A DNA stretch of 64,000 nt from assembly GCA_030141605.1 (NCBI GenBank), contig JAQGDQ010000055.1, forward strand, positions 558,001 through 622,000, in the 5' to 3' direction. Under the pieces are notes generated by a model, which was given only the letters and a program-made list of their open reading frames with translations, searched no databases and was not told the origin of the DNA. Each line of letters begins with the position of its first letter. Positions within the stretch are counted from its first letter, which is position 1. The stretch comes from Tubiluchus corallicola (Eukaryota; Animalia; Priapulida). The translations under genes were made by a program, and so were the position numbers. This document shows positions 11,319 to 26,300 of this stretch, one piece after another.

Positions 11319-13487
11319 AATATATTTCTACATGTACTTAAAAAGTTTTTTATTTTGTTTGATTATAATAAAAATTATGTTTAGTAAAAATTTAACAGTT
11401 CAATTATATTGCTTATTGATTTTTTTCGTTTGATTTTTCGATTGAAGTGTAGATAAAAAGCATTAACTGTTTGCAATATTTAAGCAGAAACTCGACTTCA
11501 AATGAAATTTATCGTGTATTACTTTATTTTACCTTATATCTTCTCCTCCCCTCTCCTCTTTATTATTGTAATAAATTATTATTATTGTAATTTTTGTGTT
11601 TATGTAAATTTGTGTGATTTGTTTGTGTTGGTTTTTGTTTTTATGTAATGTTGTATGTTGTAAATTGCAAATTATAATATAAACATCAGTTCGTAATAAA
11701 GAATTAAATCAAATCAAATCCGCGCCTCTCTCGTTTCGTTTAGCACATCTTCTAATCTTACGTTAATTTTTAATGCTAATGAACAAGGAAAATGATTTAC
11801 TTTATAACATTTCCGTACAAGGCAGTGTCGGATTGAGGCATAGGCTTTATTAGCATTAGCTCAGGGGCCTACAGAGATTATTAAGTGAATCTAATTTATT
11901 GTGAAGTTACTACAAAATGAGAGTAGAAGTATTATTGTAAACTCACATATTACAAACTTGATATTATCAAAGTTAAAAGGCAAAAAATGTGAAAAGCTGA
12001 GATGCTTACAGATTGGACTTGAACTAAGGACGTCTGCGTAAAAAAGCAGCAGATTTAGACCACTAGTATAGTATAGGAACTTCATTTGCCATAATATATT
12101 GAGAATCATAACAAAATATTAAGATGCTCAATCAGCGATAGTTAAAAAACATACACTGTTGGAGGCAAATGCAACTAAGTCACTGGCTTACTGTGTCCAG
12201 AGCCAACACGGTCAAATGTTCATCCCTTCTAGCTGGACTATAGAATTCAACATTTTCAACGTTAGGCCGCTCACACTAATCAAATTAAAAAAGAATAATC
12301 TAATTAATTAGAATCACACTAGTGCGAGCGATCTGATATTGGTTTGCTGAATTTGAATCAGCTATAAGCGGTAGCCATTGGACTGCCATGATGACTATTT
12401 AATATATATTAACTTAAATGTGTAGCTAAATAAACTGACTAAACAAATAAATCAACTGACAAAAACTGTTGTGGAATGTGTAACAAATTCACAATTAACT
12501 TTGATGCCGAAATTATATATATATATATATAAGTTTCTGGTTCAAATACAAGACGTATCCCAACTTTTCATATTTGGTGTCTTTCATAAAACGCCCTATA
12601 CCGCTGAAACTAATATATACGATCATAGCAATTATAGTCTATTTGTATTCTGGTGTAAATAAGGAGATAAATAAAAAATGTCTATGTCTCTATGTCTGTG
12701 TGCAAGATGTGGTCAAATCTTGACTGTCCCGCAATTTGTAGCACCTTATTTCTTCAGTCATTTACGCTAAGCTTAATTTATAAATTGCTTATAAATTTTG
12801 ACTTCTCACAGTTCCACTGTCACTGAGCTTGTGATATTGTCATTTGATTTATCTTTGTAATATTTAGATAGAGATTTGTCCTTATGAGATACAATGAACA
12901 AAAACTTAATCATGCTTATATTGGTCTATATAGGGCTATTATTACTTAATTATGATAATTGCCAAAAACAATGTTTTAATGTTGAAATAATAGCTCGTAT
13001 AGAAACTTAATTAATGGCCGCCGGCCACTTATTGCAGATCATAAACCATTTTAGCTAGTGTGTAAATTTAGGTACTATTTTTCTTTAAATAAATGTTTCC
13101 TCTGTCACTTAAACATATAGCGAATATCGAACAGAATTTTGCGAGTTTATTATATTTGTGTTGCAGTTTTGTGAACTGGTCGTCATGCTGCATACAGCGT
13201 TTACAAAATTTATTGTTGATCGAGTCACCCAAATGGCTCTTTGCTACAAACTACTTTTCGCTCATTCTGTCATTATGTCTGGTGACACGGTAAAATGCAT
13301 CAGGTGCTAATATTACATCAAGGTTATCCAGCGCTCCAAAGGTTCATTTTCACATCCCTGGAACTTCAGTTTATTTAAACGCAGGCGACTCGCCGCATCC
13401 CATTCAGTTGGCATAGATTTTACTGCGCAGAGTCAGTTACTTAAGTTACTTTGGTGAAAGTGAACTGATTGTCATTTGGCGGTGAAG

Positions 13488-14296
13488 ATGCGTGGAGAAC
13501 TCAGCTTTGCAGCAGGTAAATATAACAATAGGTGCATCTTTATTTCTTCTTTCTTCCACCTTGAGAAAAATCATGTTTATGGTTGAAAAGGAATAATGAA
13601 CATGAAAATGATCAATGCAAATGTATTATCTTCATTTATGAGACATGTGATTTGTCAACTGATTTTAAAACACAGAACATTGACCAACGGGCTCACACCA
13701 ACTACAGGACCACAGGAGCCCTTCTTTTAAAGGCTGCAAAAACTGGAATTGTTAATAATGATTTTGGCGATGATGATGATGATGATGATGAGTTTACTGT
13801 TACCACTTAAATTTAGAAAACTAGACAAAGAAATTTTCAAAACAAAAAAACTGTCTATAAACATAAAATTAATTTACCCTGTGACTGTATCGAAATTTTT
13901 AGGCACAATGGTGGCCGCCAGTCACTTTAAAACTATAACGTAACTGGTGGACTTCGTGATCTTTCGTAAGCATAGGATGGCTTTCCGTAAGCGCACACTG
14001 CAGCTAAAACATCACAAATTTGGGTATACATAGCTAACCTTTTGGTAAGCGCGCTGCTTTTCTTCAGTCGATGAATGACGTTATTGGTGGAAGAATCGAA
14101 AACAATTGTTTGCAGTCTGCGTAACAACCAAGATGCAGAAATTAGGTCTCTATATTCAAACTTTACTTACTTATGAGATGATGACAAACTAAAATTATTA
14201 TTAAGCTCAAACGATTCTGAAGTTATCCAAATTGCTTGTAATTTTGTTTTAAAATGTTTCAGTTCCAGGGTGTAATTATTTTAAATTAAAAATACG

Positions 14297-14340
<44 letters not shown>

Positions 14341-17300
14341 GTATATAACTAACATCACATATAAATTAAATACTATATGTATATGTAAAAATATCTTAAA
14401 TTTATGTTCATGTATATTTATGTTATACCATAAGGTTTATACAACAAGGTGTTTATACATTAGGTTTGATGTTTTATCTTTAGCTTAGATTATTCAATTT
14501 GACTTGTATAATTGTATTTTTACTAACGTAGTATAAGTTTTTAATAGCGTTATATATGTATGTGCTTATATATTGCTAAACAGGTGTGCCTTTTGTGTGA
14601 ATTATAATTGGAACTACCCAATAAAATAAATAAATAAATAACTGCATGCTGTAAAATAAAAACTAAGCAAAAAAGCAATATAACGATCATTAGTTAGTTT
14701 TTACATCTCAGAATGAGTTGCCTAATACTTGATTGCTTAATTTCTCTAGATTGTTGTCAGCATGGGCCGGGATATCGTAATCCTGAAGATGCTATTAAAA
14801 ACGGACCACGCGAAAAACTTCTTTATACAACGTGTGTTGCTGATGCCAGCAAAGGCAAGTCAGATTACCTGGCAACTGTTGATGTAGACCCTTCCTCACC
14901 CACGTATTCACAGGTAAGAAAGCCTATGACAGGTATGAATGAATGACTGTAAAATATTGCAACGTGAGCGAGATACCTATTTTCACCAAAACCCTCTGCA
15001 TTGTGATGGTTCGATCCATTACGAAGCCATTATAATATTACATACTGACATTGAATGCTAACTAGGTGAAATAAGCATCTGTTTCGTAGAAGTAGCATGA
15101 AGCGCACTGAAGTATAGTAAATCGTTCCTTTTGTGTTGTTTCTCTGACATTTTACAATAACATGTGTTTGGGTTTTTAAGACCAAATAAACATTTGATGC
15201 CTTGATTATTAGTTTGGCATTCCATCTAAACAATAAAAAAATTATGCCAAAAAATATCAATAGCCAAAAAATCGATTATGTATAATTTAGCAGTTTTACA
15301 CTACAGCGTTGCAGTAATTTATAGCTCATTTGTGGTTTAAATAAACAATTAATTTTAAAGTGATCACTCACTCACTCATTCACTCACTCTCTCTCTCTCT
15401 CTCACTCACTCACTTACTCAATCAATCACTCACTCACTCTCTCTCACTCATTCACTCATGCACTCACTCACTCACTCACTCATTCACTCACTTACTTGCT
15501 TATTTACTTACTTACTTACTTACTACAAAACACAGCTCAGGTAACATAAATTAACGTAAACGTTTGTTAAGGTGATTCATCGCTGTAAATTACCCAACAT
15601 TGGAGACGAAATCCATCATTCTGGCTGGGACGCTTGCAGTAGTTGCTATCCAGACACCAGCGTAACCAGATCAAAGCTCATCCTACCTTGTATGCAAAGT
15701 AGCCGGGTCTACGTCATAGATGTGGCGGAAAACGAACGAGCCCCAAAACTCCACAAAGTACGCATATTATATCAGTCAAATTAGCAGTTTAGTCTCAAAA
15801 GTAGAACTCTCAACCAAGCATTACATGTACACACCAAAATTTCATTTGTGAAAATTATAAAAATTGGGAAACCTATTTTCCTATTTTTGGCGCTTGAGTT
15901 AACAAATTTTTAATTGAGTTTTCTTCATTGTTTTCACAGGTCTCCACACTAAATCTGTCCGTTTGAATTTTGTGTGTATTGCGGTGTATTGCCCTTTTAC
16001 GCTTAGAAAGCCGTGTTTTGCATAAAATAGTTATGACATCTACATAAATGAAATGTATAATTAGTTTTTCTTAAGATGTTTAATTTTTCCTAATGATCAG
16101 GCCCAATACATTAATTCGGTTTACAATAAACAAAAATTTCGTTGATAACGTAAGAAGCCTTACCGTTCTATTTGAAACGATTTATTACTTTTATCGTATT
16201 TATCATCAGCATAATCAGATATGGAATGATGCGTTTTCACATTGCTGTCGCTTTTCAATTCGTTACGAAGTTGGACAATACCGTGTAAAAATTAATGTGT
16301 TTAAGATTGTGGAGCCAGAAGATTTCAAAGATTTAGACTTGAGTGCTCTACACACCCCGCACTGTCTTGCAAGTGGTGAAGTAATGATTAGTTCCATGGG
16401 AACCAGAGATGGTAAAGCAAAGGGTAAAACGCAATTTTTTGAATAATTTCTGACTCTACTGCATGTACTAATTTTGCATACAGCATTCCTATTTACATTG
16501 TTCCTTCATTGTTTTATCCGTAGCCTATTTCCTTCTGTTTTGCCGATTTATTTTTTAGAGAATTATTATTTTGTTTTACATGCTGTTTTGTTACGACTAA
16601 TAAATTTATTTACTAATAGTAGTAAGCGAATTGAAGCCCTTTATCTAAGGACTTCTTTACACTGATGTTGCTAGGCCAGCTCATTGTTATTTGCATTATA
16701 CTTGCGACACGTGACTAGTTAATTTAGCTCTTTTCAGCTGCCATCAAACAATCGATTGGATGATTGCAATTCGGTGACAAAAATTGGCAACAAGCGGAAA
16801 GGTCGACTAAAAAAAGTAACGTGCCCTGTAGGGAATTTCGCCAAGTATCTTGTTGGTCACGTGACCACGGTCGCGCACCTGTGCATATCTGTTTTTACCT
16901 GCGGAAGCGTGTTAGTTAGTAGACGTTAACGGGCTTCTCTACTTTCGTAGTGACAAAGTAGTTTTCACGGTATGATAGTGGTATATTTTGTCAGATATGT
17001 TGGTAAATACTGGATTTGTTTTTCGGAGAAGTACGTTGTAAGTAAATACATCATGTTTGTATTATTTTGAATCATTATGAACTGATCATTTTGCACAATT
17101 TAGTTTAATTAATGTCTGTCTGATTAATTTGATAGAATGTCATATAAATTAGTAAATATCAAACTAGACTTATTTACAGCTTGATTTTGTTTTCAGTAAA
17201 GTTCAGAACTGCAGAATTAATAATATAAAAATAGGCAAATTATTACAGATTATAAACAAGTTTATTAGACTAATTAAGCACAGTTAATTTGATGCTTTAA

Positions 17301-20300
17301 CTTAATATATATTGGATTAATTTGACAATTCAACATAATTATACTAATTGCAGCCTTCAGTTAAATGCAAATTTGTAAAATGGTCTTTTTTATTTTTTAA
17401 TAGAAATGACATATAAAACACCAGATAAATTGAGCTGGAATATGGCAGTCATTGATTGTAGTACATACCCCCCCCCAAAAAAAAAATTACAAAGAAGATT
17501 GTCTTTGTTGCAAATTTCAGAAAAAAATGTAAATCTTGACGTAAACACCGCAATGAAGTTCAGTCATAGTTTGCTTCAAATATTTGGATATGAACCACTG
17601 AAACGTTTGAGTTAAATTTTTACCTGCGGAAATTATGCTTTGAGTTAGTAATATTACTTATAATAGCTTATTTTCAAATAATTTTGATCTGCAGGTAGTT
17701 TCCTTGTGCTTGACGGAAAGACATTTGATGTCAAAGGAAAATGGGAACAAACTGAAGCCGCTCCGTTTGGTTATGATTTTTGGTACCAGCCATATTACAA
17801 CGTCATGATTTCCAGTTCTTGGGGCGCACCGTCAGCATTCAAAACCGGTTTCGACCCTCAGCATATCAAAGATGGTAAACCATTAATTCTTTCTATAGTG
17901 TTGGAGGAGAAGAATAAATTTCTTAAATGTAAATGTGAAGTGGGAATGTAAACTTTCTTAAAATCCCTAAAGCACAAAAAAACCTTTACTTACATCAAGC
18001 TTAAAAAATTCGTCTTGAAATTTTATACAACTTACATACTGCTTTTTTGCATGCAGGGCTTGCGTCGGCAGTAAAGCTGTGTAGAACTTGTAAATTTAAA
18101 CTCCTGGGATATACGTTAGGCGTAGCCATTTTGATGGTAGGTCATTTGAAACTAGTTTGGGTAACATTAAGTAAAGTTTGAAAGAATAGTCAGAGCATTC
18201 GTAGCACACACGTCACTAACTATGTAAAATTTTAAATTACTGTATTTTGTCAGTAAGATTAAAAATACGTTTTTAGGTTAGTGAGTGGTGCACCCTAGAG
18301 GCGAGTCAACGACATTTTACCAATTGGTGAAAACTTTTTAAAGAATTAATTATTTTCTTTTCTAGTTATATAAGTCTTTCCAGTAGGTAAGCAAAGTGCT
18401 AAGTAATAGTAATGGAAAGTTTTTTGGGACATAACATTACTTTTTCTTCCCAGATTTACGTTTTTGTAGATGACATCATGTAATGGCGACTTCGACACAG
18501 ATTTGCTTGAGATTTAAAATGAAAACAAACAAAAATTCCTTTCAACGCGAGTACGATATACGCATAACATTGCTGTAAAGTAATATAATTTTTTAAGGAG
18601 ATTTTTCTAAAGCCTACTTCAGGTAGACCATTTCTCGTCCTTTGACAACACAAGAAACGTTGGAAGGAGGAAGTAAGTCTGCCTCGCCTTAACACCTTTG
18701 CACTGAAAACAAGCTGTTGCCACCAAACCTAATAATCTGCAGCAATCATAGTTATGTTAGCCTTTAGGGTAAAAAAAGTTTGTATTTTAAAGTTAAGAGC
18801 TAATTTCCATAGATCACTGTCGCTAAAGAGTCGATGAACGAAAACTTGCTGCTGCAGTTTAACAATAAAATTTAGGTAAAGTCAGTGAAGAGTAAAACCT
18901 AGCTTCATTAAACTGTTTTTGACGAGACTCAAACTTCGAAACCATGCTGCATATTAAAATAAGAAAAATAACGTTTTTTAGTGTTTGCAACCGTGAGATG
19001 GTTATAGCAAAGGTTAAGCTATTAGGCGTGACTAGAAAAGACACACTTCTGGGCCTGGCCGAAGATGTGCTAAATCACGTACCAGATCCTTACCCACTCA
19101 GAAGCTGCAGCGGTGACGTCAGGCTTTCATTACCTAAAGTTTGAAAATACGATCGGAGAATATTAATGTGTTGTAAGCGCATGAAGTGATAATCTTTACA
19201 ACATGGTCCAAATTAAAATCGCAAAATATGACGTGCATTTGTTTATGGAATAAAAGCAACATGGCAGTTATGCAATAAATACGGCGTTTTTATAGTTGCT
19301 CTACGGATTTATATCTATTTCCAGGACTGTATGGAAGACAGTTGACGTTCTGGAACTGGAAAGAGAAGACTTGGCTGCAAACATTGGATTTAGGAGAAGA
19401 TGGTATTATGCCACTTGAAACTAGATTTCTTCACAATCCTCGTTCTGTTCATGGATTTGTTGGTTGTGCGTTCAGCTCCACAGTTTTCCATATTTACAGA
19501 AATGACGTAAGCTTACTTTTAACTTTCGTATTGTAATGAACGATAAAAAGATTTTTGGGGATTTAATTGCAACACAACTGCTTTTTGTTTTCTTATGAAT
19601 TAAGATGTTATGTAGTAGACACAAAATGTTTTAGGGCAGTTTGAATTTTAGGACCGTCCGATACGCTATTAATTAGCCTTAACCAACATGTCCTTAGTGG
19701 TTTTTCTGTGAGCATCTAATGTCGTTTAGACTAGGTTATCATATGTTGCGTGTAATACAAAATGTTGTTCTCATGAATTGGTTGCCATGGTTAATATTGT
19801 AAAGGTATAACAAGGTTACATTAAAAAGTAGTTTGGGAAACCTCGATTTTCATCTTTATATGAACTGACAACAAATCTTAAAGGAAGACAGGGTGATTTT
19901 TCATATACTATCCCATTTCAACTTCAATAAAAAGTATACATTTTAATACAATTAGTATTTCAAAAGCATTTCTGATAATTAAATAATAGATTAAAAAGTT
20001 AATTAATAGTGGGCGAGCTCTGATGACATCACATAACATAATTTTCAACAGCGAAAAGATTCCATGAGCGCGTTAGCGAAAGCGAAAATTGAAGCAGTGC
20101 TACTGTTAGATATTCAGTGTGTTATACTAAAACTAGGCAAGTTTTAAGACAAAAATTCAAATTTTAAATTTACCGCTGTGCCCGCGCATGAGATGTCGAA
20201 TGTGTGTAGTTCGTCACAATGTAACACATCTGAACTTAGAGTATAGTATGTTCCCTTTCAATATTTTAAAGAGTAGATTATTTTGATCTACAGTTTAAGA

Positions 20301-23300
20301 TTGGGTCCGGTTTTACTTTAACATACAAAAAAGATAGTAGTTGCCGTAGTAATGATGTGAAAATAATTAACCTTAGCAAAAATGTAATAGCAGATGTAGT
20401 AGAAAGCATAGTCTTTGCGTGATCGAGATACCAAAATATAACATCATATTTTTAAATGTTTTTATATGATAAAGGTGCATTCTTGCACCAGTGGGTCCGA
20501 ATTGGCCAAATAAAATGATGCACTGTACTATTTTAATAATCACTTTGCTCGTCTAAGTTACATTATATTATGGGTAAGTTGTGTAATGCTGGAGTATCGT
20601 GGAAATAGGTAGCGTTTTGTTTATACATAAATGGCTTTTTGTGTGTGGCTTCACAAATTGCAGTATAATATACAGGTAAAAACTTATAGTAGGAATAAAA
20701 ATAGGCTCTGAAAAATAAACAGGCTACCAATAAACACATTTTCGGACTATTCTGGAACGGGGCAGTTTTTAGGGTAGTGCGCCCTGGTGGACTAATCAAA
20801 ATTTCTTCTACTACTATCCAGACGATCACAATGGTGCACAGCATGATACTAACAAAGTCCACTCTTAAATCTTGAATTGACGCAGTATTGTATAGTATCA
20901 TCTTTGTCATGCACAAATTTATACATTTTCAAGTGCTCAGGCGGACCTAAATTCAGGCGGCCCTAAGATATTTTCCTCAAGGCCAATTCAAGGGGGAGTT
21001 GTTTGGAATACTATATAACATACTGATTCAGAAAAAAGCATTTGTGTTGCAAGCAATTAATTCCCCCAAATCGTGATTGGAGCGGCGTTCCTACTAAGCT
21101 ATTTGTGAATTTAGTGGAACGAATATTTGATATTGTCGTTGTGTCGTGACACTAGGAAGAAGGGAAGAGTTTATTACATGTAAGATATATATAGATATGT
21201 AAGAGTACGTTCAAGCAAACATTTCCATACTAAGATTTGCTACTGTAGAACATGACTTTGCAGGTAGAAAAATACAGGGACCTGTAAAGTTTATCCAGGT
21301 TACTTAGCGCAGGACGATTATCTACATATTAAAGCACAAGAAAACCCTCCACTTACATACAGCTTAAAAATTCGTCATAAAATTTTATACCACTTAAATA
21401 CTGCCTTTTTTCATGCAGGGCTTGTGTCGGCACTAACCCTGTATAAAACTTGTAAATTTAAACTCCCGCGTTAGTAGCAACAATTTGGATGGTAGGTCAT
21501 TTGAAACAAGTTTAGGTAACATTGTGTGAAGTTGAAAAAATAATCAGAGCATTCTTAGCGCACACGTCACTAACTGAGTAAAATTTTAAATTACTGTATC
21601 TTGTCTATAAGATTAAAAATACGTTTTTGGTTAGTGAGTGGCGCACCCTGGAGGGTGAGTTGGCGACATTTTACCAATTGGCGGAAACATTTTAAACTAT
21701 TATCTCTAGTTACATAAGTCTTTCCAGCAGGTAAGCAAAATGCTAAGTAATAGAGATTTGCATAGAAAGTTTTTTGAGACGTAATTTAACATTACCTTTT
21801 CTTCCCCTGATTTATGTTTTTGTAGGACGTCATGTAATTGCGACTTCGGAACAGTATTGCGGGGGAGATTTAAGTTAAAAACAAACAAAAAATCCTTTCA
21901 ACGCGAGTGCGATTGTTGCATAAAATTGCTATAAGGTTATGTATTTTTTTAAGGCGATGTTTCTGAAACCTACTTCAAGTATACCTTTTGTGTCCTTTAA
22001 CAGTTTCATAAACCTACGTGCCTCTCTGTATGTCTCTGTAAGACTTCCTCGTCTGCAAGAAATGACGTCATGATTTTAGTGTATAAAGAATAAATCTTGA
22101 GAAGATTATAATACACTTGTCAACATAACACTTGAGAAGGTTATCAATGATACCTATAACTTTAACTACTAAATAAATCACTTGAGGTTTTTATTATTAT
22201 CTAGTCTCATGAATGGGTTGCCGATAAAGTGATATCAGTTCCAACGAAGAAAGTTGACGGTTGGGTCATGTCTGACATGGGAGGTAGGATTTAGACCAAT
22301 AATGAAGTTAGGTTGAAAAAAAACTAAAATTTGTAGCGGTTTAATTTGGTCTGATTAATTATTGTTTATTGTATAAGCGTGTTTTTGTTTTACAAGATTA
22401 TTTTCAGAGTCGTATGAGACTATATTAACCCTAGCGCAGCCGCACCTTTACTAGACATATTGTTGAAAGCATCACAGTAATTAGTTTAATTCGATTTCAT
22501 ATAATTAATCATAAAAGCACGACTTCCAAAAACCAGCGTTTTACAAGAACAGCCATTCATTTGGTCTTTATATAGCTTTTATATGTGTCAAGGAAAAGGA
22601 AGTAAGAAAAAAATTGAGATTGAAAAAATTGAAATTGAGCAAGGGGATGTGACAGGAATGCCGTCACAAAGCACACGAAACATTAGAAAATGATTTCAAC
22701 AAATCAGCAGTTGAATTGTTCTACACTTGCTGCACCTTCCCTTGTTAGAGAACACGTGTAAAATGCTCAGTGATCCCATTAGACTAGTTTAGATTAGATT
22801 AGTTCATTTCAGCATAAAACCATACAAAAAACACAAAAACATTACATCATACTACAATAAAACAATAAAATAAAAGTACACTAAAATACTACTATGCTTA
22901 TACATTGCTGTAAAAAAGCATTCGCAGCTATCAGGTTTGACGATTGTTATTTACAAACAGACAGACTGTTGTTTCACATCTTAAAATAAGAATCTTGTAT
23001 GATTCACACGGAGTTGACAATAGTTAGTAGATGTTTATTGTCTACATGTTCTAGTATTCGTTTTCTTATACTGTAATAGGCTTTCCTGCAAAGGTGCGAA
23101 AATGTGGCAATTTTAAATTTTCACACATGCCAGAAGCACTACAAATATAATTTTTCTGGTAATTAAACAGCTTCCTGATACCATTGTTATACGCAGCACG
23201 AATTTTATTAAAGAATGAAGTGTCAAATTTCGCCCATATAAAGACGTAAAATAAAAATTACAACGATAACTCTTAAAACATGTAATTTAACATCGAGGGA

Positions 23301-26300
23301 AAGATGTTAGAGAGCATTATTATAGAGAACAAGCTTCTCAAATAAGTCAGAGTGGCTTTCGGTGAAAATGTCCATAGACCTTTGTTGCGGTTTTTTCGAC
23401 TACAATTTGCATTTGTGTTTCAGGTCTAACGACTGATATCCTTTTGTCGATGGATGACAAATATCTGTACATTAGTAACTGGATGCATGGCGACATTCGT
23501 CAGTATAACGTTGAAGATCCATTTAATCCAATACTTTGTGGACAGGTGATTTTAACTACAGTTCGTATGATTTCTGCTGCAAGTAACCTAGCTGTAAACC
23601 AGAGGTATTCAGCGTATGTTCAAGCTGAATACTAAACCGTCACTAAGTTTCGCCGTTATTACATTTACGAAACTATTAATAATTACGTCATTAGCTTAGT
23701 AACGGCTTTGTGAAACTGGGCCCTGGGGACACATTCATCTCATCGTGATCTCTGACTTTTCCAATGTCTTTTTTATTTGGATTTTCTATCTAATAAATTT
23801 TTCAGCATTGTTCTTTTAGAATGGTACCAGTTTATAGTACGAATTTTCTAGCATAGTGAATTTATTTAGGTTTATGATCATTTCATGTACGTACTGTACA
23901 CGTGCTCAGTAGTGAAGATTACCTACAATTTAAATTCCTATATAACCCCAACAGGCATAGAAGTTTTTGAACGCATCGTTCTGATTACACAAAGAATACA
24001 TAGTTATTATTAAACAAAAGAGACTCATAAATTACATAACTTTCCTTTTTCGGTCGAATTTTGAACGCATGTATTGCTGTAAAGATGGCCATGTTTCGCG
24101 TCTTTGGCGCGAGCGAACGAGAATGACGTACAAGGTACAGAAAGCGTCTTTAATTACCGATGTTTGTTTACAGATCTTTGGTGACTTCGTGACTGTACTC
24201 AGTACGTCATTCTGTACGCGAAAAATGGCAGTTCTTCAAATTGAATGCTGCTAACAACGAAGTGATAAAAAACGAAAAAACAAGTTTTACACTAAATTTA
24301 TAAGAAAATAAATTGAATAGTTGTAATGAGAGTAGGATTTTAATTTGTAAAAGGTTGTATTATGGTGAGGGTTTAGTTTGACTTTAAATTAACAATTATA
24401 ATGCATCCATGTAAAACTTGTAAAACTGTAAAACTTTTCACTATGAGCACCGGTGACAAAGTGAGACAGCCTGAAATTTACTTGAACAACAACTGCAGAT
24501 GACTAATTAATGGAAAATTACGTTAGCCAATCAGTGGGAATGGCTTGAGTGAGGATAAATTTAAATGGTCACCACTAGATGGGGTTGAAAAGGACTACGA
24601 ACAGACAGAAGAGAAGTGATTGTGATAGGAAAAGGTCATGAATGCAGAAATTGTAGACAAATCACTTTGTGTTAGAGCTGTGGGATGATTGCATCTTAGT
24701 TATATGAAAGGCCTCCTTAATCGATAAGTCATATTTCTTCTGCACTAAATCAATAATTGTGAAATTTTCTCCTGTAATGGGATAATTGCAGGAAATCGAA
24801 TGTGTTTTGTATAATTGAGGAGGAAATATCACAATTGTTGATACAGCACAGAAGAAATATGGTTGTGATTAAGGAGGCTTTGCATATAAAAAAGATAGTG
24901 CTATCCCTCAATTCTAAAACTAGAGTATTTGCCTACAGCGTATCTCCTTACATAGCCTCAACATATAAGCTATTCTATTCGTACTTCGGTTCAGCCCCAT
25001 CTAGTGGCGACAATTTCAATTCTAACGCTCACTCTAACGTTTCTTACTGTTTGGCTAATGTGGCTGCCAATAATTAGTCATCTACAGTGTATTACTAAGG
25101 CAATTCTGTAAGCCCCATCTAGTGGCGACTATTTCAATTCTAACCCTGACTCTAATGTTTCTTGCTGTTTAGCTAATGTGGCTGCCAATAATTGTATCAT
25201 CTACACTACAGTGTATTATTTCAAACTATCTGATTATAATACAATTGGTGCCCAATTGCATTTGCATCAATTCACAAGTATTGAAACATTGTAGTGGAAC
25301 ATTGTAGCAATTACCGTATTATGGTCACAAAAATAATTGCACGGTACATTATATTATCAAAAGAACATTTAACAAGCACTAAACTGGTAAAACCTATACA
25401 TTTGTTGACTCTATCAACTAAACTAGCGTCGTTTTTCTTCTTGTGACAGTTGTTTGTAGGAGGAAACGTTGTGAACGATGGGAAGATAAAAGTTATAGAA
25501 GATCAAGAATTACAGCAACAACCTCCTCCAAGAATAATTAAGGGAAGGCGAATTGACGGAGGTCCTCAGATGCTTCAGCTGAGCCTGGATGGCAAGCGCC
25601 TTTATACCACAACCTCGGTTTATTCTGTTTGGGATAAACAATTTTACCCAGACTTGATTAAGTAAGTACGTTATATAGCAAGCTGCTCAATGCACATAGT
25701 ATGTTTAAAGGAATACCGGACCCCATCTTAAATTATGGCTCAAAAATCTACCATGTAAAACATTGAAAGAAAATATACTATTTTTCCACAATGACTTACG
25801 TGAAAGAATTATTTCTGCAGAAACGCAATTTCGTGTTCGCGCGGCTAGTTCTTCACTGTTATAGGCATTTGGACATTCGTTAGTTAGATGGGCACTAGCG
25901 CCAGCATCTCGAAAACGCATTACACAAAAGCAGGTGCTGCACCTCTCAGTTCAGAGACGTTCAGTTGTGATATAGTGCGCAGGTTCGAGATCTCATGCGT
26001 GAGCACAGCAGTACACTTGAAATTTGAATTTTAAACTTAAAATTTGCCGACTTTTTGTACTTTACATACATTTGTATTCATCACATTAATATAGCACTGT
26101 ACTTCAATTTTCGCTTCCCAAACACGTTCAATGTGTGTGCTATTGAAATTTATGTTCATTTGTGACGTCTTCAATAACTGGGCTCGCCCGCCGTTAATTA
26201 AGTTTTTAATCTATTATTTAATTATCATAAATACTTTAGAATTATTATAGGTGTTAAAATATGTACTTTTCCGTACTTCAAAATGGGGGTAGGCTATTAA

